Shown: one piece after another, positions 7,169 through 17,327 of the stretch
How the letters are laid out: every line of letters starts with the position of its first letter
Position numbering within the stretch: position 1 is the first letter of the stretch
IMG/VR virus record: IMGVR_UViG_3300028393_000001
Coordinates: 32,001-96,000 of that record
Source: a virus
Reading direction: 5' to 3' (one strand)
Length of the DNA stretch: 64,000 bases
Program-made: the position numbers and the translations under genes
Notes under the pieces: model-generated
The model's database searches: none
Told to the model about the DNA's origin: nothing
What the model saw: the letters and a program-made list of their open reading frames with translations, nothing else

Positions 7169-8035
7169 TTATTCCCAAGGTAATTTAGTTAGGGTAGTCC
7201 ACTTGGCTACTGGTTCTGTTTTGATAAGAGGTTCTGGGTGACTATCCCAATTTAAGGGATCACAGATCATGTCTTGATGTCTAAGGTCTGGATGACAGAC
7301 CCAACACTGTGTAATCATTAGTCTTGATAGCTTATTAAGTAAGCCAATCTCGGAATCATTAATACCATATAAAATCCAAGCAGCCTTAGGGTCTCTGCTG
7401 GTACCTTCACGAGGGCCTGATCGGACTAGGAGTCCTTCCTGGCGCAGCCTTAGTAACTCACCTATCTCGATCTCAGGCCACTCGGTGATACAGGCTTCAG
7501 CTAAGTCTTCTGGCATTACAGCCTCTAAACCTTCACGAGACCACTTAGAGTAGGGCACTCCCTGATAACGCTTAATTCCAGCTAAGATAAGTGGAGTTAA
7601 TGAGGAGAATTCTGGTTGTGCAATCTGTTTAGGCACTAGCTTGCTACGAGGTAATCTGCAGGCTAAAAACCAGCATCCTCGACTAAACTCTGACCCTAAG
7701 TTGAGCTTAGCTGTGCTTCTTGGGTCTACTAAACCATCTTTATACACTAAAGTCCATTGACCAAAATAGTGTAAGAGCTGGTCTAAGAACCAGCTAGACT
7801 GGCTAGCAAGTCCTACGGAGTCAGCTAGTTGAGCTAAGATAAGTGGGTTAGCCGTGTTAAAGGCTTGGATCGGCCAAGCCGTTAAATCCCGTTTTTTGCC
7901 TCGCGGCAGCTTATCGGGGGTGGGAATTTCAGTTCTATTTTGCATTTTTAAGATTAATTTTAGCTTTTTAAAATGGGATTTCTCCAACTTAGATGGAGGA
8001 ACAGGGGGACCCTCAATTGCAGACGGTTGCTGCAA
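7169..8035 (-). CDS. T5 A1-like protein (host DNA degradation / DNA transfer), short version
   Basis: PLILAGIKRYQGVPYSKW and QCWVCHPDLRHQDMI...EPL resemble the T5 A1 C-terminal half as recalled; real start may be ATG 7945. Confidence 0.7.
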   Translation of the reverse strand: MQQPSAIEGPPVPPSKLEKSHFKKLKLILKMQNRTEIPTPDKLPRGKKRDLTAWPIQAFNTANPLILAQLADSVGLASQSSWFLDQLLHYFGQWTLVYKDGLVDPRSTAKLNLGSEFSRGCWFLACRLPRSKLVPKQIAQPEFSSLTPLILAGIKRYQGVPYSKWSREGLEAVMPEDLAEACITEWPEIEIGELLRLRQEGLLVRSGPREGTSRDPKAAWILYGINDSEIGLLNKLSRLMITQCWVCHPDLRHQDMICDPLNWDSHPEPLIKTEPVAKWTTLTKLPWE

Positions 8036-8137
8036 ACATATCCTGTTGCTTCAAAAAATGGGATTTTTGTGTACGAACAGGGGTTTGCGCTGTCTGTTGA
8101 GGCCCCCCGTTGTACTGTATTCTTTGAATATACAATA

Positions 8138-8166
8138 ATTATATCACACTTTTTTTCATAAGTCAA
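8138..8166 (-). promoter_or_regulatory. sigma70 promoter for A1-A2
   Basis: TTGACT-17-TATAAT on minus strand. Confidence 0.75.
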
Positions 8167-8282
8167 CTACTTTTTTAAGCAAGGGTGAAAATTTACTAGA
8201 ATATGACCAGGATAGTGGGAGATTAACTTATTGAGGAAGGGTTCCCTTTGTAGGAATTCCCTCCGATGGCGGCGGTTTAGGG

Positions 8283-9170
8283 TCAACTAATTGCTGCTTG
8301 CTCTAGTAGTTGACGATGCTGAATCCATGACCTGAAGTTAGCAGACCACAGGGTGTTGAGCACGTCCATATGAGTCACGCCCTTTTCAACATCTAGGAAC
8401 GAGCCTGAGCGCATAGGAGTTGCCTGATGCTCGAATGGACTCGCATGCCAAGGACGTGCTTTTAACAGTCGTTTAGCTATACGTTCAGCTTTCTCTAGGC
8501 TTCGGTCTTGAAGTCGGTAACTTACCTGAGCACAGCAACTAGCTGAGATTAAACGTGCAGAGGCACGATCTAAGATGGTATCATCACCATAAAAAATTTG
8601 TCCAGACTCATCCTGACGGCGAGTCACATAGGGAACGTGCCAGTCACCTGCGTGTAGTTGCAGGGGCTTGCTTTCCAGAAATGCTTGACCCATTACCTTA
8701 GCTAGGGTTTGTATTTCCGGCTGAGCGTCTTCATGATCTCGCAATTCAAAAAAGTTCGCCCATTCAGTAGCTGTTAGGACTACACGAATCATCTGAAAAG
8801 GCTCAGTGACTCTGTTAACTATCTGCTTGTGAAGACCTAAACCCTTTAAGGTCTCTGCGTAGTCTAAGGCTGAGTAGCGTGCTGCATTCCAGTAGGTAAC
8901 AGCAACTTGGGTATCATCAATCTCCTCACGAGCCTGCATACCTGATTGCGCTCGGCCCCAGAATACAGGCTCTGCTGGGTTTGCGCTGACTAGCTGAAGC
9001 ATATCATCAACTGGTACAGCTCTTGAACTGGCAGAGTTTCTAGAGAACTGACGATGCGTAAGTACTTCAGCGTGGATAAAGCGAGGATACTCTAACTCCA
9101 GGGTAGTGATACGAACTCCGTTTGCTATGGAGTCTTGAACTACATTAGCGGTAATATTAGTTGTTTTCAT
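8283..9170 (-). CDS. thyX: Flavin-dependent thymidylate synthase (phage type)
   Basis: PRFIHAEVLTHRQFSRNSASSR, FFELR..AQPEI and HASPFEH motifs. Confidence 0.85.
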   Translation of the reverse strand: MKTTNITANVVQDSIANGVRITTLELEYPRFIHAEVLTHRQFSRNSASSRAVPVDDMLQLVSANPAEPVFWGRAQSGMQAREEIDDTQVAVTYWNAARYSALDYAETLKGLGLHKQIVNRVTEPFQMIRVVLTATEWANFFELRDHEDAQPEIQTLAKVMGQAFLESKPLQLHAGDWHVPYVTRRQDESGQIFYGDDTILDRASARLISASCCAQVSYRLQDRSLEKAERIAKRLLKARPWHASPFEHQATPMRSGSFLDVEKGVTHMDVLNTLWSANFRSWIQHRQLLEQAAIS

Positions 9171-9354
9171 TGGTAATCTCGGTAAAAAGTGATCTTCTTA
9201 TGTTTGGTCCTAGGACCCTGTCTAGCATTTCTCTAGTGCGAGAGATCATTCCACAAGCTAGGATTAGCATATCTCTGTGGTCATCACATTGCATGATGGC
9301 TTGATCGATGAGTACGAGTAACTCATCGTGTCGTTGTTGTCTTTGTTCACTCAT
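9157..9354 (-). CDS. Hypothetical protein (paralog of 18563..18763)
   Basis: LID.AI...D....L.LA..M..R pattern shared. Confidence 0.65.
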   Translation of the reverse strand: MSEQRQQRHDELLVLIDQAIMQCDDHRDMLILACGMISRTREMLDRVLGPNIRRSLFTEITNENN

Positions 9355-9970
9355 CTAGTTCCTCTACAAGGGGTGCCCCTAAAGTGCTGGTTGAAAGTTT
9401 ATTTTCAAAAAGACAAATAAATGAGTAAATAAATAGACCGTCGCGGATTCCCACTTGGTCTATTAATTTAACGTCTTGGACGTCGTGATTCTGCTTACAG
9501 TGCTTACAGTACACATACTTAATCATTGTTCTGGATCTTCCATGCTAATCTGAACCTGACGAACGCACTGTTTTAAAGTCTCTGTGAGTACGTCTATGTT
9601 AGAATGGTCTACGTGTAAATCTGTTAGCCTATGCTCAATAGAGCACGACTGATTCTTGTGAAAGTCACTTTCGTGTGTTACTTTAATTATCCACATTTTT
9701 TATCCTAAGTCCTAGCAAGCGGAAAAATAGTTGCCTAAAAAAGTTCTGCGGCCTCTTAGTCCTGAACACTAATTCATCTGTGTTAATATAGAAATTACCG
9801 CCTGAAATATTACTAGAGGTAATAAGGTATCCACTATCAATAATCTTAGAGGTAGTAGTCCAGGCCTTAGGTATTAAATGGTCGTCTAAGTCTAAGGGAA
9901 TCTGCTCCTGCATGGGCCAAAATAGTTTAAGTTCAAGTTGTTGCATTACTATCCTTAAAATGTTCTTGAA

Positions 9971-10171
9971 TCATTGTTCAACTCCAAAGTGTTCCATAAT
10001 CTCACCCATCAATGCGTAGGCCTTATGGTTGTAACCTATACCTAAACATTCTCTTACAATCAACTCGGCGAACTTTTCTTGATCCAATGTCATAATCGGT
10101 GTGTAGCCCCCATCTGTGTAGTACGCAACCTTTTGTGCCTGTTCAGCAAGTTTTCGAATTCGTTCGTTCAT
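9971..10171 (-). CDS. Small 'MNERI' family phage protein
   Basis: MNERIRKLA...FAELIVREC...FGVEQ. Confidence 0.7.
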   Translation of the reverse strand: MNERIRKLAEQAQKVAYYTDGGYTPIMTLDQEKFAELIVRECLGIGYNHKAYALMGEIMEHFGVEQ

Positions 10172-10983
10172 TCTTCAACTCCGTACACCAACCGCTCAGG
10201 TGCAGTAAAACAAAAAAAGCGTCTGTTGGTGGCTCGGCCTATGGCGCATAGGTTTAGTTTTTTTGCAATTTCATAACCCATTTCAGTAATACCACTGCGA
10301 GATATAACGATAGGCACCGCCATTTGTGCAGACTTAATAATCATCTCGCTGGTCAGTCTTCCAGTTGTGTAAAATACTCGGCCATTTACTGATATGCTAT
10401 CTTTAGGTTGTAATGCCAACCATCCGGCAATGGCATCTAATGCATTGTGTCGCCCCACATCTTCAATAAACACCAGCATGTTTTCACCTTGAAATAATGC
10501 ACAACCATGTACAGATCCAGCAGTTTTATAAATGCTGTCATTTGTGCGTATAGTATTTACAATAGCATACAACTGAGTTTGCGTGATCGAGGCTGGAGGC
10601 AATTGTATATCACTGATATTATCCATCAACTCTCCAAACATACTACCTTGCCCACAACCCGTGGTGACTGTACGTTTGGCTGTTTTCCTATTGAAATTCC
10701 TAATTCCATTATGGGTCTTTGCCGCAGCCGCCCCAACTTCCCAATCTACCGTTATTGAATCTATTTCTGCCGCAGAAGCAATCAGTCGTTGATTGAGCAA
10801 GTACCCCAACACCAACCATTCGGGATAGGCTCCTAGGGTCATCAGTGTGACAATTTCTTTTTTATCTACATAAACTGTCAGGGCACGTTCAGTAGGTATT
10901 TGTAATGTCTGCATCTCGCCGTGATGATTCAACACCGTAACGGTCCTTGTCAAGGAAACGTCGGATACTGTGATATTGTTCAT
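10168..10983 (-). CDS. fdhD: Formate dehydrogenase accessory sulfurtransferase
   Basis: TTGCGQG, HGCALF, EDVGRHNALD and TTGRLTSEM motifs. Confidence 0.93.
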   Translation of the reverse strand: MNNITVSDVSLTRTVTVLNHHGEMQTLQIPTERALTVYVDKKEIVTLMTLGAYPEWLVLGYLLNQRLIASAAEIDSITVDWEVGAAAAKTHNGIRNFNRKTAKRTVTTGCGQGSMFGELMDNISDIQLPPASITQTQLYAIVNTIRTNDSIYKTAGSVHGCALFQGENMLVFIEDVGRHNALDAIAGWLALQPKDSISVNGRVFYTTGRLTSEMIIKSAQMAVPIVISRSGITEMGYEIAKKLNLCAIGRATNRRFFCFTAPERLVYGVEE

Positions 10984-11079
10984 TCTATATGTCTCTTGGA
11001 ATCTACGTTAGAACGATGACACATGTACAACACACCCACTACATAACCCAATAAGAATCCCCAAAAAAATGTCATGATT

Positions 11080-11279
11080 TCATTGTCCTAAAAAACATTT
11101 TTGCACATAGTCATATACTCTTTGTCTACCATCAGCATCTTGTTGAAATATAAAATTAGGAGTATTAAATTCAAAATGTTTATTTGCTGTGTGCCACCAA
11201 ACTTCTATTAGCGCATGATCTTGAAAAAAAAAAGTTTGCCTAAAATATGATTGACATCTGCTTTAGTTATCTCGTTAAT
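11080..11279 (-). pseudogene. Disrupted small gene (ATT in place of ATG, frameshift in T10 run); weak MbcA/ParS C-terminal-like motif
   Basis: Reconstructed (M)NEITKADVNHILGKLFF/QDHALIEVWWHTANKHFEFNTPN...GQ*. Confidence 0.5.
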
Positions 11280-11482
11280 TCTTCAACCTCAAAACGTTCT
11301 TTAATTGCCTTAGCTGTGGCGGGATTACCACTAAATACAGCAATCTTACTACATTCAAATATAATCAACTCAGCGGTACGAAACTGAATCTCTTTGATTT
11401 TATCGTAACCTAACCTGGTCCAAGTTTCAGGCACTAATTCATCGAGCACTTGGCTGGCAAGTTCTTTAATTCGTTCGTTCAT
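11267..11482 (-). CDS. Small 'MNERI' family phage protein
   Basis: MNERIKELA...AELIIFEC...FEVEE. Confidence 0.7.
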   Translation of the reverse strand: MNERIKELASQVLDELVPETWTRLGYDKIKEIQFRTAELIIFECSKIAVFSGNPATAKAIKERFEVEELTR

Positions 11483-11868
11483 CGTTTATGCATCTCACAT
11501 AGGGTTGTAATCCATCCACTGCTACTTTGCGTAGCTGGATTACCGCACTCTTCGCAAGTAACACTGGTCATTGATTCTGCTAAGCGTACCATACCGTCAA
11601 TCGTGTCATCGCCGCCTGAGTAGTAGAAACGCAAGGTGCCAAACTTCTCCTTGACTTGATCTAAGGTAACTTGATCAACAACCAAACTGTTCTTATTCTT
11701 CCAGTCTAGGTGATGTTGAATACTACCCATAAGCTGATCTAAGATATTAAACCAACCATCACCACATTCAAATCCCCAGCACATACAAGTTTCTATCATG
11801 CTTTTGTTACGATTAACCATCATTTTTGGATATCGCTGGCATAGCAACTGGTCTAGTTCACGTTTCAT
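11479..11868 (-). CDS. Phage protein with C-terminal Zn ribbon
   Basis: GFECGDGW, QVKEKFGTLRFY and CEECG motifs. Confidence 0.75.
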   Translation of the reverse strand: MKRELDQLLCQRYPKMMVNRNKSMIETCMCWGFECGDGWFNILDQLMGSIQHHLDWKNKNSLVVDQVTLDQVKEKFGTLRFYYSGGDDTIDGMVRLAESMTSVTCEECGNPATQSSSGWITTLCEMHKR

Positions 11869-12905
11869 CTTTACCTCCAAAATATCGGATAAGTAAGTCT
11901 AGGGATATAACAAGCTGCATATTACCTACGACATCATCTGCGTTAAGATAGTATCCGGTAGGGTTATTCCGCCACTTTGTTAGTTGTTCTTGGAGTAGGT
12001 CACGGTGCTCCTCTAGCACAAGCAAGGCAATACGGTCAGCAATTTCACCATCTAATTCAATTTTTCTCATTACCAATCCTCCACACCTGATACTAGAATT
12101 GATACTTCTGCATCGTAGCCTGCAACCTCTGTATGATAGGTCATAGTAAGCGTACTGCCAATGCCACAGTCAGCAGTCTGTGTTAGCGTAAAGTAGTCTG
12201 TACCAACATCTTCACAGATAGTTTTAATTTTATTTAAATTATATACGCTCAGTTTCATTGTTTATCCTGCTTTTCCTAGTTGCTTTTCAAGATTATCAAT
12301 CTCATGATTAAGTCTAGCTCTAACATCTTGGAGTTCATCTTCTACTGAGGAAAGTTGTTCCTGTAAGTAGGTTACCTGACCTCTAAGATATTTAATCTCT
12401 TCATTTAACTCAAAGATTTTTTCTATGAGTTCTGCTTCTTTTTCTATATTCATTATTTATCCTTAAACAGTTCCCGTTTAGCATAGTGGAGATAGTCCTC
12501 AGTAGAGTTAATAATGTACTCTCTATCATCATACCAAATCTTGTTGCAACGACTATTACACTCGTATAAAAACCAGGCAACATCTTCATAGAGGTCACCA
12601 AGTAGTAGCCTGCTTAAATAGTCAATCATTGCCCCATCAATATTTGTATATGCATTCTCTAAAAATGAGTCTCGAATATCTTTAGGAATAGAACTAATGT
12701 AGAGCTCCTGCGCTCCAATACGCCGTTTCATAGCGACTACTAAGTCCTTAAATGTCTCATAGTTCATCTTTTATCTCCAAGGGACGACGAGGTCTATCCT
12801 TACAATACTCGCAAGTAGGATCATCGCAACGATCATCTAACCACTCATTACGAACAGGACTATAATTAGCATCATATTGCTCAGAATATTCAACTTTATA
12901 AAATG

Positions 12906-13250
12906 TCATCTTGACACCCTTATTTCTGCATCTGAATTATCCCAGCAGGCGTTGCGGTAATCGTATACAAAGTTGCATAACCCCTCATAGTTACCCCAAC
13001 CGTTCTCTGGTTCAAATTGTTTAAACTGTTCAGGGTCTGCAAGGAGTATATTCCAACCTTCATCTAGCAACTCTGCAATGTCTTTGGCAAATTTCAATCC
13101 TGCCTGTTCATCCGGCCGCCATAAAACATTGTATAAAGTCATACCATTTGACAATTTTACTTGGTCCGCCATTTTACCTAAATTATGGGTGATATTTGAC
13201 CCATAAACATCTGTTGGCATCAGTTTAGTTAAAGTTACATCTAAGCTCAT
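12906..13250 (-). CDS. Hypothetical phage protein
   Basis: NITHNL..MA and ENGWGNY motifs. Confidence 0.7.
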   Translation of the reverse strand: MSLDVTLTKLMPTDVYGSNITHNLGKMADQVKLSNGMTLYNVLWRPDEQAGLKFAKDIAELLDEGWNILLADPEQFKQFEPENGWGNYEGLCNFVYDYRNACWDNSDAEIRVSR

Positions 13251-13655
13251 ACTGTTTTTCCTGGTGTTTTAAGTGTTACAGCAATGCAGGTACCTTCTAA
13301 GATAGTTATCTCCGTATCTTTAGATAGTTGTGCCATTTCTGTTAATTGTGCTTTTTGTTGCTCAATGGACATTCTACATTGCAGTTCTGTTTTATGAGCC
13401 TGACTACCCTGCATAAAGTTACAGCTATCGCCTAAACATATAAAAAGTACAGCAATGTAAATATTCATATTAAATATCCTTGTCTATACGTTTAACTAAA
13501 TTAAGTAATAACTTACTAGGAGCTCTTGGATTAACTATTTGGAACCCGCCTCCCGCAACGCGTTTAATTTTAACGCCTGGATTTTGTTTCTTAATCTTTT
13601 TAATCATATCCTGATTATTATCTTTTTTCTCAACTGATTCTTCTTCACTCATTTT

Positions 13656-14321
13656 TTAATCCCACAGGTTCTGGTAGTATTTGCCGAATAAGCGGAAACC
13701 GTTAGTGATACGATCCTGCACTACTTTCATGCCGTCGTAATCACACTTGTAGGTGTGATTAGGGCCGTCCTTCATTTCATACATGGTAGGCTCGCCTTTT
13801 TCATCCCAAGCACAGGCGACTGTATCCCAGTCGGTCTCACCTGAACGAAACTGGTCTTCCCATGAATCATCTAGTTTGCACTCAAAGGCAAAAATCATTT
13901 CATCTAGTACCCACTCCCAACGCTTGAAGTGGTTGGAGTCAGTATCATATTCATTTTCTTTTGGATCTGCTTCTGTGCTCTGCAATCCAATACCCTTGGG
14001 TACGTCTTGGTCATCAACAAAGCCTGCTCCGTGTTGAGTAGCCTTTAATTGTTTGAGCATTGGCAAGATGATATGGGCTAGGGTAGCGTCCATATTCCAA
14101 GTATCCCAACGATCAAGCTTAACTACTACTTGGCGCTTCTGCTTAGAGTGAATCCAGGTGCACGCCCGCATTAACAAGCTGTCCTTTTTATCGCCGCCAG
14201 CAAGCCAAGTACCAAATTTGTGAACGCGCTTGTCCTCGTCTTTATCCAACCAGAAAAGCAACTTTTCAGCAATCTGGTAGGGTCCAATCCAGTCGGGATA
14301 ATTTCCGATTTTAACTCTCAT
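13656..14321 (-). CDS. Hypothetical phage protein
   Basis: DRWDTWNMD.TLAHII.PML...GFRLFGKYYQNLWD; long ORF in a co-directional block. Confidence 0.75.
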   Translation of the reverse strand: MRVKIGNYPDWIGPYQIAEKLLFWLDKDEDKRVHKFGTWLAGGDKKDSLLMRACTWIHSKQKRQVVVKLDRWDTWNMDATLAHIILPMLKQLKATQHGAGFVDDQDVPKGIGLQSTEADPKENEYDTDSNHFKRWEWVLDEMIFAFECKLDDSWEDQFRSGETDWDTVACAWDEKGEPTMYEMKDGPNHTYKCDYDGMKVVQDRITNGFRLFGKYYQNLWD

Positions 14322-15505
14322 GGTATAACTCCTTCTACCCAATTTTCAGCACAATCTTGTGCGTATTTCCTAGTTTGTCCAACTAAACTACGGGTTTCAA
14401 TCCAAGTATTTTCGTGGAAGAAAAGGACTAAATAGTCATTATCTATTCCACCTATGTATATACTAGCAGATCGTGGACCTTTTACAAATTCTTCTATAAA
14501 CTTCATATAATCTCGCATAGTTAATCCCAAGTGCGGTGATCTTCGGCAACATACTCTAAACCATCATACTCGTGGATGTGCCACTTAATACCTGCTGGAA
14601 TGTCTACAATTTTAAGTTGTGAGTAAGTATCATCAGCTTTTTCGCCCAGTTCTTGTACTACTTTTACTAGGTTAGGGTCGTTACGTTCTATCATACCTGG
14701 CCAGAAGTTGATGGGGCTGCAACCATCCAACTCACAAAATCGCTCGATTGCAGCATCCGATAGGCCAAAACCGCCAAAGCAGGTGTTAATTACGACTTTC
14801 ATTTTCAATTCCTAATGTTTGTGGTGAATGATCTAAATATTTGTTGTCGTATATATAGGCATCTGGGTCAACGATAGTAACTTCTAGGTCACAGTGTCTA
14901 ATATCATAGTCTGTGAACATATGATTATTGGTATAAACTCTAAACTTCATACCATGCCATGTATGTATAAGCATACCAGTTAAACCATTAGCTGATTTAG
15001 TTTCATTTTTAATTTCTGCAATAGTCTCTTTTAATTTTACAATCTCATCTGCGGCTTCTTCTAGTAAGTCTACAATACGATCAGGCGCTCCCTCCTGCAC
15101 ACTTTTTCTAGTGGGGATTTGGCGTCTGATCTCGGCACGATAGCGTAAGCGATATACTAAATCATTTTGCATAGGTATCTTTATACTCTAAGTTTAAGAA
15201 GTCAGTACTATCGGCTAAGATGTCAATATCAACACCATGACCTTTCTGTGCATCAATCATATCTTCAAGAACTCTGGTACCATATCCACTAGCCCCATAA
15301 CTACTTTTATGACAAGTGTAAGTAGAGCCGCTAGTACCTTTAAAGTAATAGCAGTTGTCGTCTTGGGTAACAGAGGTAATACCACTGTTCATTCTCCAAG
15401 AGTCAGAACCTAGATAACCACCATACCAAGAGCCAAATACTCTGTAATGACTGCCAGTTTCGTATTTAAGTTTAATAACTAACCATTTATCAGGACAATA
15501 TTCGC

Positions 15506-15742
15506 TCATACAAACTCCATTCCATAGCTATGTTCTGAGTCTTTATAGACGTTCAATTCCATATCAGAGAAGTCCCATCCCTTAGTTTCCAAGAACTCAC
15601 CAATACGATAACAACTCTCAGCACCTGGATGAGTCCCACCTAGACGAACATTCGCCATAAGAGTAGAAATAACTTGTAGGTCTGTATCTGACAAACCTTT
15701 TAGACTATAGGTGCCTTTATTTTCATTATATGTGAGTTTCAT
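15506..15742 (-). CDS. Hypothetical protein (paralog of 54177..54431)
   Basis: Shared LKGL...L...L...VRLG motif; own promoter at ~15764-15792. Confidence 0.65.
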   Translation of the reverse strand: MKLTYNENKGTYSLKGLSDTDLQVISTLMANVRLGGTHPGAESCYRIGEFLETKGWDFSDMELNVYKDSEHSYGMEFV

Positions 15743-15824
15743 TTGATTTTCCTAAAAGATTAATTATAACACGAAAAAAAGGGCAGTTCAAGTCAATATT
15801 TTTGACCTAAACTGCCCCTTGACC

Positions 15825-16655
15825 CTAAACCTCTACAGTTTTCGGTTGGTAACCAACAGCACTAGGCTCGTGTCCCGCGTATCCACGCGGATTGCACACA
15901 ACCTGAGTACCCTCTATTTGGTAGTCCCAAGGATCATGAGTATGACCATGAATCCATAACTTGATTTGTGGATGATCTTTTATAAACCAGTCCAGCTTTG
16001 AGGAGAAAGCACCATTCATGTCCCGCTCATGAGCAAACCTCGGGTGAGTGCTTAATCGGCTAGGCGCATGATGACTAACTACTACAAACTTATCATACCA
16101 ACGACCTTCTAACATGAACTCAAAATACCTTTTGGTATCTTGATGAACCTCTACTGAGTCTAGAGGAGAGAATCTTGGAGGACGTCCCCTAGAATGTGGT
16201 TTTAGGGAGTTATTAACACATCTGAAGTCATTCATCATGCCTCCTGTTATCTGTAAGGTTGAGGGTAGCCCCGCATTCATATCAGTCCAAAGAGTGCCGC
16301 ATAAGAAGGTAACATCCTCAATGACTGCTAACTCTTGCTCTAGGATACGTAAGTTTGGTAAGTAGCTTAACTGTGCACGTAAGTGTTCCAAGGTATTAGC
16401 ATAGTCACCATGATAGTGCTCGTGATTACCCATGATGTAGATTACATGAGGCCACTTACGGCAGCAATCTTGAAAAAATAGGTGATAGGTCTGAGATTTA
16501 TTGTTAAACCAGTTATCTTCAAAGTTGTCCTTGTCACCTAACATATTTGCAACGCAGATATCACCGGCCAGGACTAGTACTGTGGCCGAATCCACATTCT
16601 CTAATACAAGATACCTAACTTCAAGGTGTAAATCGCTGCAAACTGAGATTTTCAT
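15825..16655 (-). CDS. Calcineurin-like metallophosphoesterase
   Basis: SDLH, LAGD, GNHE, SHH and HGHTH motifs. Confidence 0.9.
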   Translation of the reverse strand: MKISVCSDLHLEVRYLVLENVDSATVLVLAGDICVANMLGDKDNFEDNWFNNKSQTYHLFFQDCCRKWPHVIYIMGNHEHYHGDYANTLEHLRAQLSYLPNLRILEQELAVIEDVTFLCGTLWTDMNAGLPSTLQITGGMMNDFRCVNNSLKPHSRGRPPRFSPLDSVEVHQDTKRYFEFMLEGRWYDKFVVVSHHAPSRLSTHPRFAHERDMNGAFSSKLDWFIKDHPQIKLWIHGHTHDPWDYQIEGTQVVCNPRGYAGHEPSAVGYQPKTVEV

Positions 16656-17045
16656 GGTAGTAGGTGTTTAATTAGTTGTTCTGCTAAGAGGTAGTAGCCG
16701 TAAGGAGGAAATATTACTGCAAAAAATACGCTCCAAAATCCTTTGGCAATGTAGATGCCCCCCACATAAAATAGCATTGCCCATCCTGAAAAGTAGGGAT
16801 GGCGTACTGTCTTTTCATTATTCATTATAGTGATTCTTTATCTAAATTTCAAGTAAATTATTGCCAGGCTGAGTAATAGGTAAGCCATTCATCTATACAA
16901 TTTTGTTCGTTTATTTCGTCTTCTCGTCCCATTTCTTCCATCTGCTGACTCCATTCAGAGAAGAATTGTCGTAAGATTTCAGCTTCTGAGATAACTGAGT
17001 ATCCAATACCGCCACCATCCTCTTCGAGAACATATTTCCAGTATT

Positions 17046-17327
17046 TCACAATATTGTATTACCTGGATTATCGTGCTTAAATGCAATTATACCATGAGTA
17101 AGAATCTTAACTTGTTCTTCACTCATTTTTAGGTTAAAACTATCACTTATAATATGTAAGATTTCATGTAGGACTGCAACCTGTTGTGTTTGCTGAGTGG
17201 CAGCTGCATTAATAGAGATCTCCTGCTGATTAAAGTTAGCAAGACCTAAGTTTCCCTGCATTTCTTCACCTGATTTATAGACTACATCGTACTGTAGGCC
17301 CGCGATTCGTACTTTAGTGTTTGTCAT
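17046..17327 (-). CDS. Small HExxH metallopeptidase-like protein
   Basis: LHEILH motif followed by EEQ. Confidence 0.6.
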   Translation of the reverse strand: MTNTKVRIAGLQYDVVYKSGEEMQGNLGLANFNQQEISINAAATQQTQQVAVLHEILHIISDSFNLKMSEEQVKILTHGIIAFKHDNPGNTIL

